A stretch of 31,434 nucleotides of DNA from assembly GCA_904419035.1 (NCBI GenBank), contig CAJFQL010000026.1, forward strand, positions 1 to 31,434, written 5' to 3'. The stretch comes from Candidatus Heritagella caecorum (lineage in GTDB: Bacteria; Bacillota; Clostridia; Oscillospirales; Acutalibacteraceae). This document shows positions 8,989-17,357 of this stretch, in pieces (the stretch's first letter is position 1; the number at the start of each line of letters is the position of its first letter). Made by a program: the position numbers and the translations under genes. The notes under the pieces are model-generated. The model did not search any database, had not been told where the DNA came from, and saw nothing but the letters and a program-made list of their open reading frames with translations.

Positions 8989-10281
8989 TTATTCCGCAGC
9001 TTTTACCACAGCACTGTCGCGTACCAGGTCGATCGCCTTCTGTACCACGATATCCTTCTTCAATTCTTCGGCCGGGATAAAGCTCTTTACTTTGTCAGCT
9101 TCCATTTTGTACGCTTCGGCGAGCTTGTTGTACTCGTTTTCTACGTCTTCATCGGTTGCTTCCACGTTTTCCAGCGCGGCAATCTTTTCCAGAGCCAGGC
9201 GGATCTTGACCTGACGTTCAGCCTGGGGACGGAACTGTTCGCGGATGCTGTCTTCCGTCTGGCCGGTGTACTGCATGTAGGTCTTCATATCCAGGCCCTG
9301 GGACTGCAGACGGTAGGCAAATTCCTGCACATCTTCGTTCATGCGGTTGACATACATGGCTTCGGGGATTTCGCCCTGCAGTTTTTCCACCAGCTGGTCG
9401 ATGATCTGGTTGTCGGCGTCATCGTTCACTTTGTTCTGGCGGGCAGTGGTGAGCTTGTCCTTCAGGTCGGCGCGATATGCGTCCACGGTGTCAAATTCGC
9501 TGACGTCTTTCACAAAGTCATCATCCACCTGGGGCAGTTCTTTTTTCTTGATTTCGTGCAGCTTAATGGCGAACACGGCATCTTTGCCCTTGAGGTCTTC
9601 GGCATGATAATCCTCCGGGAACTTCACGTTCACGTCGAATTCGTCGCCGGTGTGATGGCCCACAACCTGTTCTTCAAAGCCGGGAATGAAGGAGCCGGAG
9701 CCCAGTTCCAGGCTGTAGTTTTCGGCTTTGCCGCCGTCGAAGTGCACGCCGTCTACGCTGCCGTCAAAATCGATCACGGTGATGTCGCCGTTTTCCGCAG
9801 CGCGGTCTTCCACCGTTACCATACGGCTGTTGCGTTCCTGCACCTTTTTCACTTCGTTGTCGATGTCTTCATCGGTGACAACCACTTCGGGCTTCGTGAC
9901 TTCCAGGCCCTTGTAGCCTTCGATGGAAACTTCGGGCTTTACGGTGATCTTTACTTTGAATTCCAGATCTTTGCCTTTGCCGATCTGTACCAGGTCAAAG
10001 TCGATTTTATCTTCAATCATGTCCAGCCCGGATTCTTTCACGGCTTCTTCCAGCGCCGCAGGATACAGCATATTGACCGTATCTTCATAGAAAGCGGACT
10101 CGCCGTAATACTTTTCAACGAAAGCACGAGGAGCCTTGCCCTTCCGGAAGCCGGGGATGGTGATCTTCTTGTTTTCTCTCTGGAAAACCTTCGTCATGGC
10201 CGCGTCAAAATCAGCAGCCGGCACAACGATGGTAAGTTCGTAGCGGTTGGTCTCAACCTTATTGGACTCTTTCAGACTCAT
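8989..10281 (-). CDS. tig: trigger factor (ribosome-associated PPIase chaperone)
   Basis: 430-aa ORF with an ATG start and a GGAGGA RBS. The ribosome-binding signature GFRKGKAP is in the N-terminal domain, and the protein has an FKBP-like middle domain. Confidence 0.9.
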   Translation of the reverse strand: MSLKESNKVETNRYELTIVVPAADFDAAMTKVFQRENKKITIPGFRKGKAPRAFVEKYYGESAFYEDTVNMLYPAALEEAVKESGLDMIEDKIDFDLVQIGKGKDLEFKVKITVKPEVSIEGYKGLEVTKPEVVVTDEDIDNEVKKVQERNSRMVTVEDRAAENGDITVIDFDGSVDGVHFDGGKAENYSLELGSGSFIPGFEEQVVGHHTGDEFDVNVKFPEDYHAEDLKGKDAVFAIKLHEIKKKELPQVDDDFVKDVSEFDTVDAYRADLKDKLTTARQNKVNDDADNQIIDQLVEKLQGEIPEAMYVNRMNEDVQEFAYRLQSQGLDMKTYMQYTGQTEDSIREQFRPQAERQVKIRLALEKIAALENVEATDEDVENEYNKLAEAYKMEADKVKSFIPAEELKKDIVVQKAIDLVRDSAVVKAAE

Positions 10282-10377
10282 TATAATGGTTCCTCCTGTA
10301 AAATTACAGATTATCTACATGATTATAGCATGGTTTTGCAGAATATACCATACCTAAATCAAAATATTTTCACCCTG

Positions 10378-11067
10378 TTAAAAAATCCGCTGGGGTAAAA
10401 ACCGCACATAGTCGCAGGAAAGCAAATGCATGCGGATGCCCTCGTATTCGCCCATAGGGGCGCGCTGGGCCGCCTGCTTCCCGTGAATATGGCCGTAATA
10501 GCAGTCGGTGATTTCGTACTCCCGCAGTAAATCCAGAATGGGCTGGCAGCGGGCCCCGTCATAAATCGGCGGATAATGCAGAAACACCAGCGGGGACAGG
10601 TCCTGCCGCAGCGCTTCATCCAGGGACGTTTTCAGCCGTCCCACTTCCCGGTTGACGATTTTCTGGTCTTCTTCGCTCATGGCGCCGGCCAGCCAGCCCC
10701 GGGTGCCGCATACGGCGCATCCCTGCACGGGTACGGCGCTGTTGTGGACAAAGGTGATATCCGTAAACCCCTCGGTTTCCAAATACCGTTCCATCTTCCG
10801 CCGGGTGGTCCACCAGTAATCGTGGTTGCCTTTGAGCAGCAGTTTTTTGCCCGGCAATGCGTGTAAATACGCAAAATCCTCCCGGGTATCTTCCAAACGC
10901 ATGGCCCACGAGATATCCCCCGCGATCACCACCGTATCGTCCGGTTTGACCAGACGGCGCCAGTTTTCCTGCAGGCGCCGGGTGTAATCTTCCCATCCGG
11001 GAAACACATCCATGGGCTTATCGGCCCCCAGCGACAGATGGACATCGGCAATTGCATACAAAGCCAT
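10378..11067 (-). CDS. metallophosphoesterase (calcineurin-like phosphoesterase family)
   Basis: 229-aa ORF with the motifs DVH, GDISWA, GNHDYW and GHIHG. The ATG start has an AAGGGAG RBS 23 nt after the thrC stop, so it is probably co-transcribed with thrC. Confidence 0.75.
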   Translation of the reverse strand: MALYAIADVHLSLGADKPMDVFPGWEDYTRRLQENWRRLVKPDDTVVIAGDISWAMRLEDTREDFAYLHALPGKKLLLKGNHDYWWTTRRKMERYLETEGFTDITFVHNSAVPVQGCAVCGTRGWLAGAMSEEDQKIVNREVGRLKTSLDEALRQDLSPLVFLHYPPIYDGARCQPILDLLREYEITDCYYGHIHGKQAAQRAPMGEYEGIRMHLLSCDYVRFLPQRIF

Positions 11068-11090
11068 AGGATCGGTACTCCCTTCGCCGT

Positions 11091-12581
11091 TTACACGCCC
11101 GAAAGGCGGCGCACCGCCTCTTTCATGCCGCTGACGGCACAGCTTTCGGTAAAGCGCACGGGTTTATCCTGCAGCGCTTTCAGCGGGGCCGGCATGGGTT
11201 CCCCGGTCTTTTCGCACAGGGTTTCCGCCATGGCAAAGCCGTCGCCTTCGGGCTTTTCGCCCAGCGCTTCCAAGACGCTCTGGGGGAACTTGTACGCGCT
11301 GGCGGTGGAAGCGATCACGGTTTTGTGGGTGTCGCCGGTCTTTGCCCGGTACGCTTCATACACCGATGCCGCTACAGCCGTATGCGTATCACACAGATAC
11401 CCTTTTTCGTTTTCCAGCCGGGCAATCATATGGGCAGCGTCTTCGTCGGAACACCAACCGGCCGCAAAGGCCTTTTCGATGGCCTCACGGGTTTTGTCAT
11501 CCACCGTATATACGCCGTTTGCCGCTAAATCATGCATCCAGGCTTTCACTTTTTCGTCGTCGCACCCGCTCATCTGATACAGCAGCCGTTCCAGGTTGCT
11601 GGAAACCAGAATATCCATGGAAGGCGACGTGGTGCAATGGAAGGGGCGGCGTTTATCGTACACCCCGGTGTTCAGGAAATCCGTGAGCACGTTGTTCGCG
11701 TTGGAGGCGCACACAAATTTGTGCACCGGCAACCCCATTTGCGAGGCATAATAGGCCGCCAGGATGTTGCCAAAGTTCCCCGTGGGCACCACAACATTGA
11801 TGTCATCGCCCATGGTGATGGCGCCGCTTGCCACCATATCGCAGTAGGCCGAAAAATAGTACACAATCTGCGGCAGCAGCCGGCCCCAGTTGATGGAGTT
11901 GGCCGACGAGAACATCATGCCATTTTCGGCCAGTTCCCGTTTCATCCCGTCATCGGTGAAAATGGTTTTCACCGCCGTCTGGGCGTCGTCGAAGTTTCCT
12001 TCAATGGCGCACACGCCCACGTTCTTCCCTTCCTGGGTGACCATCTGGCGCTTTTGCATATCGCTGACGCCGTCGCAGGGGTAAAACACCAGCACTTTGG
12101 TCCCCGGCACATCCCGGAACCCTTCCAGAGCCGCTTTGCCCGTGTCGCCACTGGTCGCCACCAGGATCACCGCCGTGCGGTCCGGGTGTACCCGCTTCAT
12201 GCTGCAGGAAAGCAAATGGGGCAGGATCTGCAGCGCCATATCTTTAAACGCGCAGGTCGGGCCGTGCCACAGTTCCAGCATATAGGTGCCATCGTCCAGT
12301 TTGTGCAGCGGCGTGGGGTTGCTGCCCCCGAATTTTTCGTCGCGGTAGGCATTTTCCACACAGGCGTCGATTTCGTCCGCCGTAAAGTCACCGAGGAAAT
12401 CGCCCAGCACTTTTTTAGCGCGCTGCCGGTAGCTCATGGGCACCATCGCTGCGAGCGTATCCGCCCCGTAATGGGGCAGGCTCTCGGGCACATACAGCCC
12501 GCCGCTGGGGGAAATCCCACGGCAAATGGCCTCGCTGGCGGTGATATGTTCGTTGTGGTCGCGGGTACAGGTATACAACAT
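11091..12581 (-). CDS. thrC: threonine synthase (long form)
   Basis: The ATG at 12581 (MLYTCTRD...) is preceded by GAGGTG. The sequence belongs to the PLP-dependent tryptophan-synthase-beta superfamily, with the lysine motif ...CAFKDMALQ... and the N-terminal ThrC_N region. The track's start is a GTG 5 codons upstream. Confidence 0.8.
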   Translation of the reverse strand: MLYTCTRDHNEHITASEAICRGISPSGGLYVPESLPHYGADTLAAMVPMSYRQRAKKVLGDFLGDFTADEIDACVENAYRDEKFGGSNPTPLHKLDDGTYMLELWHGPTCAFKDMALQILPHLLSCSMKRVHPDRTAVILVATSGDTGKAALEGFRDVPGTKVLVFYPCDGVSDMQKRQMVTQEGKNVGVCAIEGNFDDAQTAVKTIFTDDGMKRELAENGMMFSSANSINWGRLLPQIVYYFSAYCDMVASGAITMGDDINVVVPTGNFGNILAAYYASQMGLPVHKFVCASNANNVLTDFLNTGVYDKRRPFHCTTSPSMDILVSSNLERLLYQMSGCDDEKVKAWMHDLAANGVYTVDDKTREAIEKAFAAGWCSDEDAAHMIARLENEKGYLCDTHTAVAASVYEAYRAKTGDTHKTVIASTASAYKFPQSVLEALGEKPEGDGFAMAETLCEKTGEPMPAPLKALQDKPVRFTESCAVSGMKEAVRRLSGV

Positions 12582-12608
12582 TTGGTTACACCTCACATGG
12601 TAAAGTCT

Positions 12609-13544
12609 TTAAGAAAACCTTTGAAAAAAGGTATAGGCATTGCGGTAAAAAAGGGCGTCGAGCTGGCTGTCTGACAGCCTAAGTTCCTTTTGGAACCACT
12701 CCATCAGGAGCGGGATGCCCGCCACACCTTGGAGGTCCGGCGGAACCTGGCAGCCGTCAAAATCACTGCCCATACACAAAATGTGTTCGCCGCCCCGGCC
12801 GAGAAAATAGTCGGCGTGGCGCAAAATATCGGTTATGCGCGCTTTGTCCCCAGGATCCCGTAAAAAATCCCGGCAGAAATTTAATCCCACTAGGCCTCCC
12901 CGGCGCACAATTTCATCAAACTGACCATCGGTCAAATTGCGCACCGCGCTACAAATCGTACGGCTATTACTGTGGCTGGCCACAAACGGCTGATCGGAAA
13001 ACGCGCACAAATCCCAAAATAGGGCTTCACTGGCGTGGGATACATCCATCACGCACCCGCCCTGGGTGAGTTTCTTTACGGCCTGCCGGCCAAATTCCGT
13101 CAGCCCGGTGTTCTGTTCATCCAAAATGCCGCCGCCCAGTTCGTTTGCGCCGTTCCACGTCAGGGTAAACAGCCGCACGCCCCGATTCAGCAGGTCATCC
13201 ACATGGGCGAGCGTCCCGCCCAGCGCCGCGCCGCCTTCCACCGTGAGGATGGCCGCACAGACGCCCTTCTTTTCGGCTTTTCGGATGTCCTCCCCGGTGC
13301 GGCACAGTGTTAGTTTTTCGGGATGCTGCGCCGCTTCCCGTATGAGTACATCGCTCAGTTTTTCAAAATACCGGAACGCTTCTTCACCCCGCAAAGTATC
13401 GGGGATAAACGCGGCAAAACACTGGGCCCACGCCGAAAAATCGTGCCCGGCCGGTAAGGATAATTGCCCCTCAGGGGCTAACAGCGATACCCCTGTTTCG
13501 GTACACCGCGACAGGGTATCACAATGTAGATCAAAATACCGCAT
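12609..13544 (-). CDS. membrane dipeptidase (peptidase M19 family, renal-dipeptidase-like)
   Basis: The N-terminus reads YFDLHCDT, matching the M19 HxD metal-binding motif. About 311 aa with an amidohydrolase-like TIM barrel. The ATG start is preceded by GAGGAGGAGG. Confidence 0.7.
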   Translation of the reverse strand: MRYFDLHCDTLSRCTETGVSLLAPEGQLSLPAGHDFSAWAQCFAAFIPDTLRGEEAFRYFEKLSDVLIREAAQHPEKLTLCRTGEDIRKAEKKGVCAAILTVEGGAALGGTLAHVDDLLNRGVRLFTLTWNGANELGGGILDEQNTGLTEFGRQAVKKLTQGGCVMDVSHASEALFWDLCAFSDQPFVASHSNSRTICSAVRNLTDGQFDEIVRRGGLVGLNFCRDFLRDPGDKARITDILRHADYFLGRGGEHILCMGSDFDGCQVPPDLQGVAGIPLLMEWFQKELRLSDSQLDALFYRNAYTFFQRFS

Positions 13545-13559
13545 AAATCCCCTCCTCCT

Positions 13560-13922
13560 CTACAGCCGGGCGTCAAACGCCCCCGGCACATACGTAAACG
13601 CGCACACTTTGCCGCTTTCTCCCAGCCACACGGCCGCCACATCGAACCGGGGTTGGTACGACCTCCATTCCTGCTTTTGCAGCAGAAAAGCCTGGGCCGT
13701 GCATATAAGGCGCCGCTGTTTGCCTTTAGTCACCGCTTCCAGCGGATCCGATTCGCTGCCCTGATGCCGGGTTTTCACTTCTACAAACAAGAGCAGCTTT
13801 TGATACTGCGCGATAATATCGATTTCCCCGTACCGGCTGTGCCAGTTGCGGGCCAAAATACGGGCGCCTTTCTTTTCCAGCCGCCAGGCGACATACGCTT
13901 CGCCAAACTGTCCGCTGTTCAT
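13560..13922 (-). CDS. yraN: YraN-family (UPF0102) predicted endonuclease
   Basis: 120 aa from the ATG at 13922, in an ATGA overlap with the rnhB stop. It contains the conserved ...[14 protein letters not shown]...LLFVEVKTR...[11 protein letters not shown]... core. The track's longer 138-aa form would overlap rnhB. Confidence 0.8.
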   Translation of the reverse strand: MNSGQFGEAYVAWRLEKKGARILARNWHSRYGEIDIIAQYQKLLLFVEVKTRHQGSESDPLEAVTKGKQRRLICTAQAFLLQKQEWRSYQPRFDVAAVWLGESGKVCAFTYVPGAFDARL

Positions 13923-14563
13923 GACCCCAGGATTTTGCCCAAAAAGCTCTTCCGGTGTAACGGGCACGGCCCCCATTCCCTTAGTGCCTGCACATGGGCG
14001 GCGGTGCCGTATCCCTTGTGTTTTTCAAACCCATACTGGGGGTATTCTTTCGCGGCTTCCAACATCACCCGGTCCCGGCTGACTTTTGCCAGGATCGAAG
14101 CCGCCGCAATGCTCATACTCAGCGCGTCGCCTTTTATAATGGTTTCCCCGGGAATGGAAAGGGGCGGCATGCGGTTGCCGTCAATCAGCGCGTAATCCGC
14201 CGGAACCGGCAGCGCTTCCACTGCCCGGCGCATGGCCATGTAGGTGGCCTGCAAAATATTATGGGTATCGATTTCTTCCTCGGTGGCGTATCCAATGCCA
14301 AAAGCCAGCGCCTGCTCACAAATAACAGGGAACAGTGCTTCCCTCTTTTTTTCCGACAGTTTTTTCGAATCGTTTACGCCTTCAATGACCAGCCCCGGGG
14401 GCAGAATCACGGCGGCAGCGTACACCGGCCCAGCCAGCGGCCCGCGCCCGGCTTCATCCACGCCGCAAACGGCGGTAAAGCCCTTTTCCCTGGCTTGCCT
14501 TTCAAATTGGAACCATTCTTCGGCCGTACGAACCGGCTTTTTCATTTTCTCACTCATGGGCAT
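13919..14563 (-). CDS. rnhB: ribonuclease HII
   Basis: The catalytic N-terminus is ...[23 protein letters not shown]... There are three in-frame ATGs at 14563, 14557 and 14545. The one at 14563 has GGAG 7 nt upstream and overlaps the rbgA stop, while the track start at 14647 is too far into rbgA. Confidence 0.8.
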   Translation of the reverse strand: MPMSEKMKKPVRTAEEWFQFERQAREKGFTAVCGVDEAGRGPLAGPVYAAAVILPPGLVIEGVNDSKKLSEKKREALFPVICEQALAFGIGYATEEEIDTHNILQATYMAMRRAVEALPVPADYALIDGNRMPPLSIPGETIIKGDALSMSIAAASILAKVSRDRVMLEAAKEYPQYGFEKHKGYGTAAHVQALREWGPCPLHRKSFLGKILGS

Positions 14564-15434
14564 GTACCTGCTCCAGGGAAATACGGCCGATCTTGCCTCC
14601 CCGGAATTCGTCCAGTACGGTAATGGCGGCGCGTTCGGTATCCACATCCCCGCCCCGCACTAAAAAGCCGCGCTTACGGCCAATTTTTTCCAGCATGGCA
14701 AACCCGTCCAGCCCTTCCAGATCCTGGGGGGTGAGCTTATACCGTTCACACACTTTCGGCAAATAGCCTTTTAGCTGTAAACATTCCAGCAGCCGGGCCG
14801 CCAAATGCTCCCGGTCTAAAATATCGTCTTTCACGGCGCCGGTGAACGCCAACCGTTCGCCGACCCGCCGGTCTTCAAATTTAGGCCACAACACACCGGG
14901 GGTATCCAGTAGTTCGAGTCCGTTGCCGATGGTAAACCACCTGTTTTCGCGAGTAACGCCGGGCCGGTCCTGCACGTCGGCTTTGCCCTTAGCTCCACGG
15001 CACAGTTTATTGATCAGGGACGATTTGCCCACGTTGGGAATACCCACCACCATAATGCGAATGGGACGGCCAATCATGCCTTTCGATTCCCACACGGCAA
15101 TGCGGTCTTTGAGCACTTCCCGCACGGCGGGGGCAAACCGGTTCACGCCGCGCCCGGTTTTACAGTCCACTTCCAGCGCCATGATCCCTTTATCCCGGTA
15201 TTCTTTGATCCACCGGGCGGTTTCGGCCGGGTCGGCCATATCGCATTTATTCAGCAGGATCAGCCGGGGTTTGCCGCGAACCAGCTGCTGCAAAACGGGG
15301 TTGCGGCTGCTCACAGCCACCCGGGCGTCGACAATTTCCGCCACCAGGTCCACTTTGGGCAGGCATTTTTCGATCTGCCTTTTGGTACGGGTCATATGCC
15401 CCGGGAACCACTGGATCGATTGAATTTCACTCAT
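14550..15434 (-). CDS. rbgA: ribosome biogenesis GTPase A (YlqF/RbgA)
   Basis: A circularly permuted GTPase with the motifs LLNKCDM (G4), [14 protein letters not shown] (G1) and DTPG (G3). Its ATG start overlaps the lepB stop by 1 nt (TGATG). Confidence 0.85.
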   Translation of the reverse strand: MSEIQSIQWFPGHMTRTKRQIEKCLPKVDLVAEIVDARVAVSSRNPVLQQLVRGKPRLILLNKCDMADPAETARWIKEYRDKGIMALEVDCKTGRGVNRFAPAVREVLKDRIAVWESKGMIGRPIRIMVVGIPNVGKSSLINKLCRGAKGKADVQDRPGVTRENRWFTIGNGLELLDTPGVLWPKFEDRRVGERLAFTGAVKDDILDREHLAARLLECLQLKGYLPKVCERYKLTPQDLEGLDGFAMLEKIGRKRGFLVRGGDVDTERAAITVLDEFRGGKIGRISLEQVHAHE

Positions 15435-16009
15435 CAGCCAATCACCCCCATTTGATCAAACGGATAAATCCGAAAGAATACTTTGCCTAAAATATTGTCG
15501 GTGGAAATCATGCCCACCGCCATGTACCGGCTGTCTTCCGACACCAGGCGGTTGTCCCCCAGGACAAACACGCACCCCGGGGGCACGGTCTGGGGGAACG
15601 AGATCATCTCTTCGCTGGTATTCACCTTCACGGTGATCCCGTTTTCCAGCCCGAACTGGGTTTCATCCAGGGGCTGGCCATCCACATACACCGTGCCGGT
15701 ATCAAAATCGATATCCACCGTCTGGTTCTCCGTGGCGATCACCCGTTTGATGATCGGTTCTTCCAGTACGTTCACGGCCACCACCACGTCGCCTTGTTGC
15801 AAATCGCCGTGGATATTGGTCACCAACAGCCGGTCGCCCCCCGTAAAATTGGGCAGCATCGAAATCCCGTTGACGGTCACCACCCGAAACAGGAACGTAA
15901 AAACCAGCACCACAATGGTCACAGCCACCGCGATTTCTTCCACCCAATCAAAACAGGAACAGACCCGCTTGCCTGCTTTCCGGCTATGTATACGGTTTAC
16001 TTCCTTCAT
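15434..16009 (-). CDS. lepB: signal peptidase I
   Basis: 191-aa ORF with an N-terminal TM helix, the catalytic Ser box ...GISMLPN..., and the catalytic Lys region ...GDNRLVSEDSRY... Confidence 0.8.
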   Translation of the reverse strand: MKEVNRIHSRKAGKRVCSCFDWVEEIAVAVTIVVLVFTFLFRVVTVNGISMLPNFTGGDRLLVTNIHGDLQQGDVVVAVNVLEEPIIKRVIATENQTVDIDFDTGTVYVDGQPLDETQFGLENGITVKVNTSEEMISFPQTVPPGCVFVLGDNRLVSEDSRYMAVGMISTDNILGKVFFRIYPFDQMGVIG

Positions 16010-16050
16010 ATTTTTGTCCTCTGCTCCCGAACATTCTTTTACTTATGAAA

Positions 16051-16078
16051 AAAAGGGACACTCACATGTCCCTTTTTC
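16051..16078. terminator. rho-independent terminator downstream of rplS
   Basis: AAAAAGGGACA-CTCACA-TGTCCCTTTTT forms an 11-bp perfect stem with a T-run on both strands, 10 nt after the rplS stop. Confidence 0.7.
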
Positions 16079-16088
16079 CACTCGATTA

Positions 16089-16430
16089 TCAAACCTGTTC
16101 TTTAACTTTGGCGGCCTTACCGACTCTGTCGCGCAGGTAGTAGAGCTTCGCTCTGCGAACTTTACCGCGACGAATCACTTTCACTTCTTTGACATTGGGG
16201 GAATGAATCGGGAAGACTCTTTCAATGCCTACGCCGTAGGATACGCGGCGTACCGTGAACGTTTCGCCAATGCCGGAACCCTTGCGGGCGATAACCGTGC
16301 CTTCGAACATCTGAACTCTTTCCTTGTCACCTTCGCGGATATTCACGCCGATGCGGACGGTGTCGCCCACTTCGAACTTGGGAAGATCCTGTTTGACCGA
16401 GTCAGCCGAAATGATTTTCAGTGCATCCAT
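16089..16430 (-). CDS. rplS: 50S ribosomal protein L19
   Basis: 113-aa ORF reading ...[58 protein letters not shown].... It has an ATG start with a GGAGG RBS. Confidence 0.95.
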   Translation of the reverse strand: MDALKIISADSVKQDLPKFEVGDTVRIGVNIREGDKERVQMFEGTVIARKGSGIGETFTVRRVSYGVGIERVFPIHSPNVKEVKVIRRGKVRRAKLYYLRDRVGKAAKVKEQV

Positions 16431-16581
16431 GTTTGTTCCTCCTAAATTTCAGACATTCTTGCCGGGCGGGGCCATCCCACAAACCCGCAGAGGACTGTCC
16501 GCTTCAATGTATCGGATGTTCCGCACATTGAACCCCATCGGCAGGTATTGATGGGAGCCGACGGTTTCCAAATGCTTTACT

Positions 16582-16610
16582 ATGATACCACACCCGGGGG
16601 GATTATGCAA
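16582..16610 (-). promoter_or_regulatory. sigma-A-type promoter of rplS (followed by a ~145-nt structured leader, 16431-16575)
   Basis: On the minus strand the sequence reads TTGCAT, then a 17-nt spacer, then TATCAT. The downstream leader contains several stable hairpins, for example TTCAATGT...ACATTGAA and CCCATC...GATGGG. Confidence 0.45.
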
Positions 16611-16697
16611 GCGTTTTTTGCCGTTTTCCACCGGTTTTTCACCGTCATTCCGCCGTTTTCTGCGGCTATTCGGAGCGGTTTTCGTACACCTTGCCAC

Positions 16698-17357
16698 TTA
16701 CCGGTAGGGAATCATCTGGTCGTTATATAAACAGGTGCGGGTGGGCCGGTCAAATAGCTTTAAACCCGCATATTTTTCCGCCGCCTGTTTTACCAGCGAC
16801 GGGTTTACCCCACCGGAAAGGCCCGTGGGCAGCGTAATGGAAAGCCGCAGCCAGCCGTTTTCCATCCGGCGCAAAGACCAATCCGATAGATACGGCGCCA
16901 GCTCAAACTCTTTCGGGCCCTTTTTCGTGTGCTTTTCTACAATCAGGGAATCCCGTCCCATTAGTTCCCGCAGCGTCTGTTCCGCCTGTTTTACCGGGAC
17001 CGGCGACGGGTCATAATCAATTTCATAATGGGCAAACGCAATTTCGTGGGTGGCCATCACCGGTTCCGTTACGTCATACACGTGGATATCCAACGGCAGG
17101 GCCCCGTTTAATTTCTGCATGAGCAAAAAGGGGTCCATGTCTTCCGTTAAACGCACATCCATGCATTCCCGCACCCCGTTCATGCCCAGCGACAGGGGCA
17201 TCGCAAAGCTGACGAACACATGGGGGTTAAACCCCTGGGTGTACCACAGGGGCAGCCGTGTTTTGTGAAACGCCCTGGACATGCACCGGTTCAAATCCAA
17301 ATGGGAAATATACCGGGCCGTGTCCTTTTTTTCAAACCAGATTCGTACGTTTTTCAA
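16698..17357 (-). CDS. DUF2344 'radical SAM-linked' protein (TIGR03936-like)
   Basis: The conserved core is ...ARYISHLDL...RAFHKTRLPLWYTQGFNPH... The probable start is TTG at 17357 with GGAGGA 7 nt upstream, which overlaps the radical-SAM gene by 26 nt. The track's ATG at 17441 would overlap by more than 100 nt. Confidence 0.65.
   Translation of the reverse strand: MKNVRIWFEKKDTARYISHLDLNRCMSRAFHKTRLPLWYTQGFNPHVFVSFAMPLSLGMNGVRECMDVRLTEDMDPFLLMQKLNGALPLDIHVYDVTEPVMATHEIAFAHYEIDYDPSPVPVKQAEQTLRELMGRDSLIVEKHTKKGPKEFELAPYLSDWSLRRMENGWLRLSITLPTGLSGGVNPSLVKQAAEKYAGLKLFDRPTRTCLYNDQMIPYR

Noticed and set aside
10282-10377. tig promoter and terminator assignments in the tig to metallophosphoesterase intergenic region
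   Set aside because: A TATAAT hexamer (minus strand, ~10307-10312) is present, but there is no convincing -35 at 16-18 nt spacing and no clean hairpin. This is too ambiguous to list as a feature.
16449-16697. 82-aa minus-strand ORF between DUF2344 and rplS
   Set aside because: It has no RBS, its composition is basic and low-complexity, and it coincides with the rplS promoter and structured leader.
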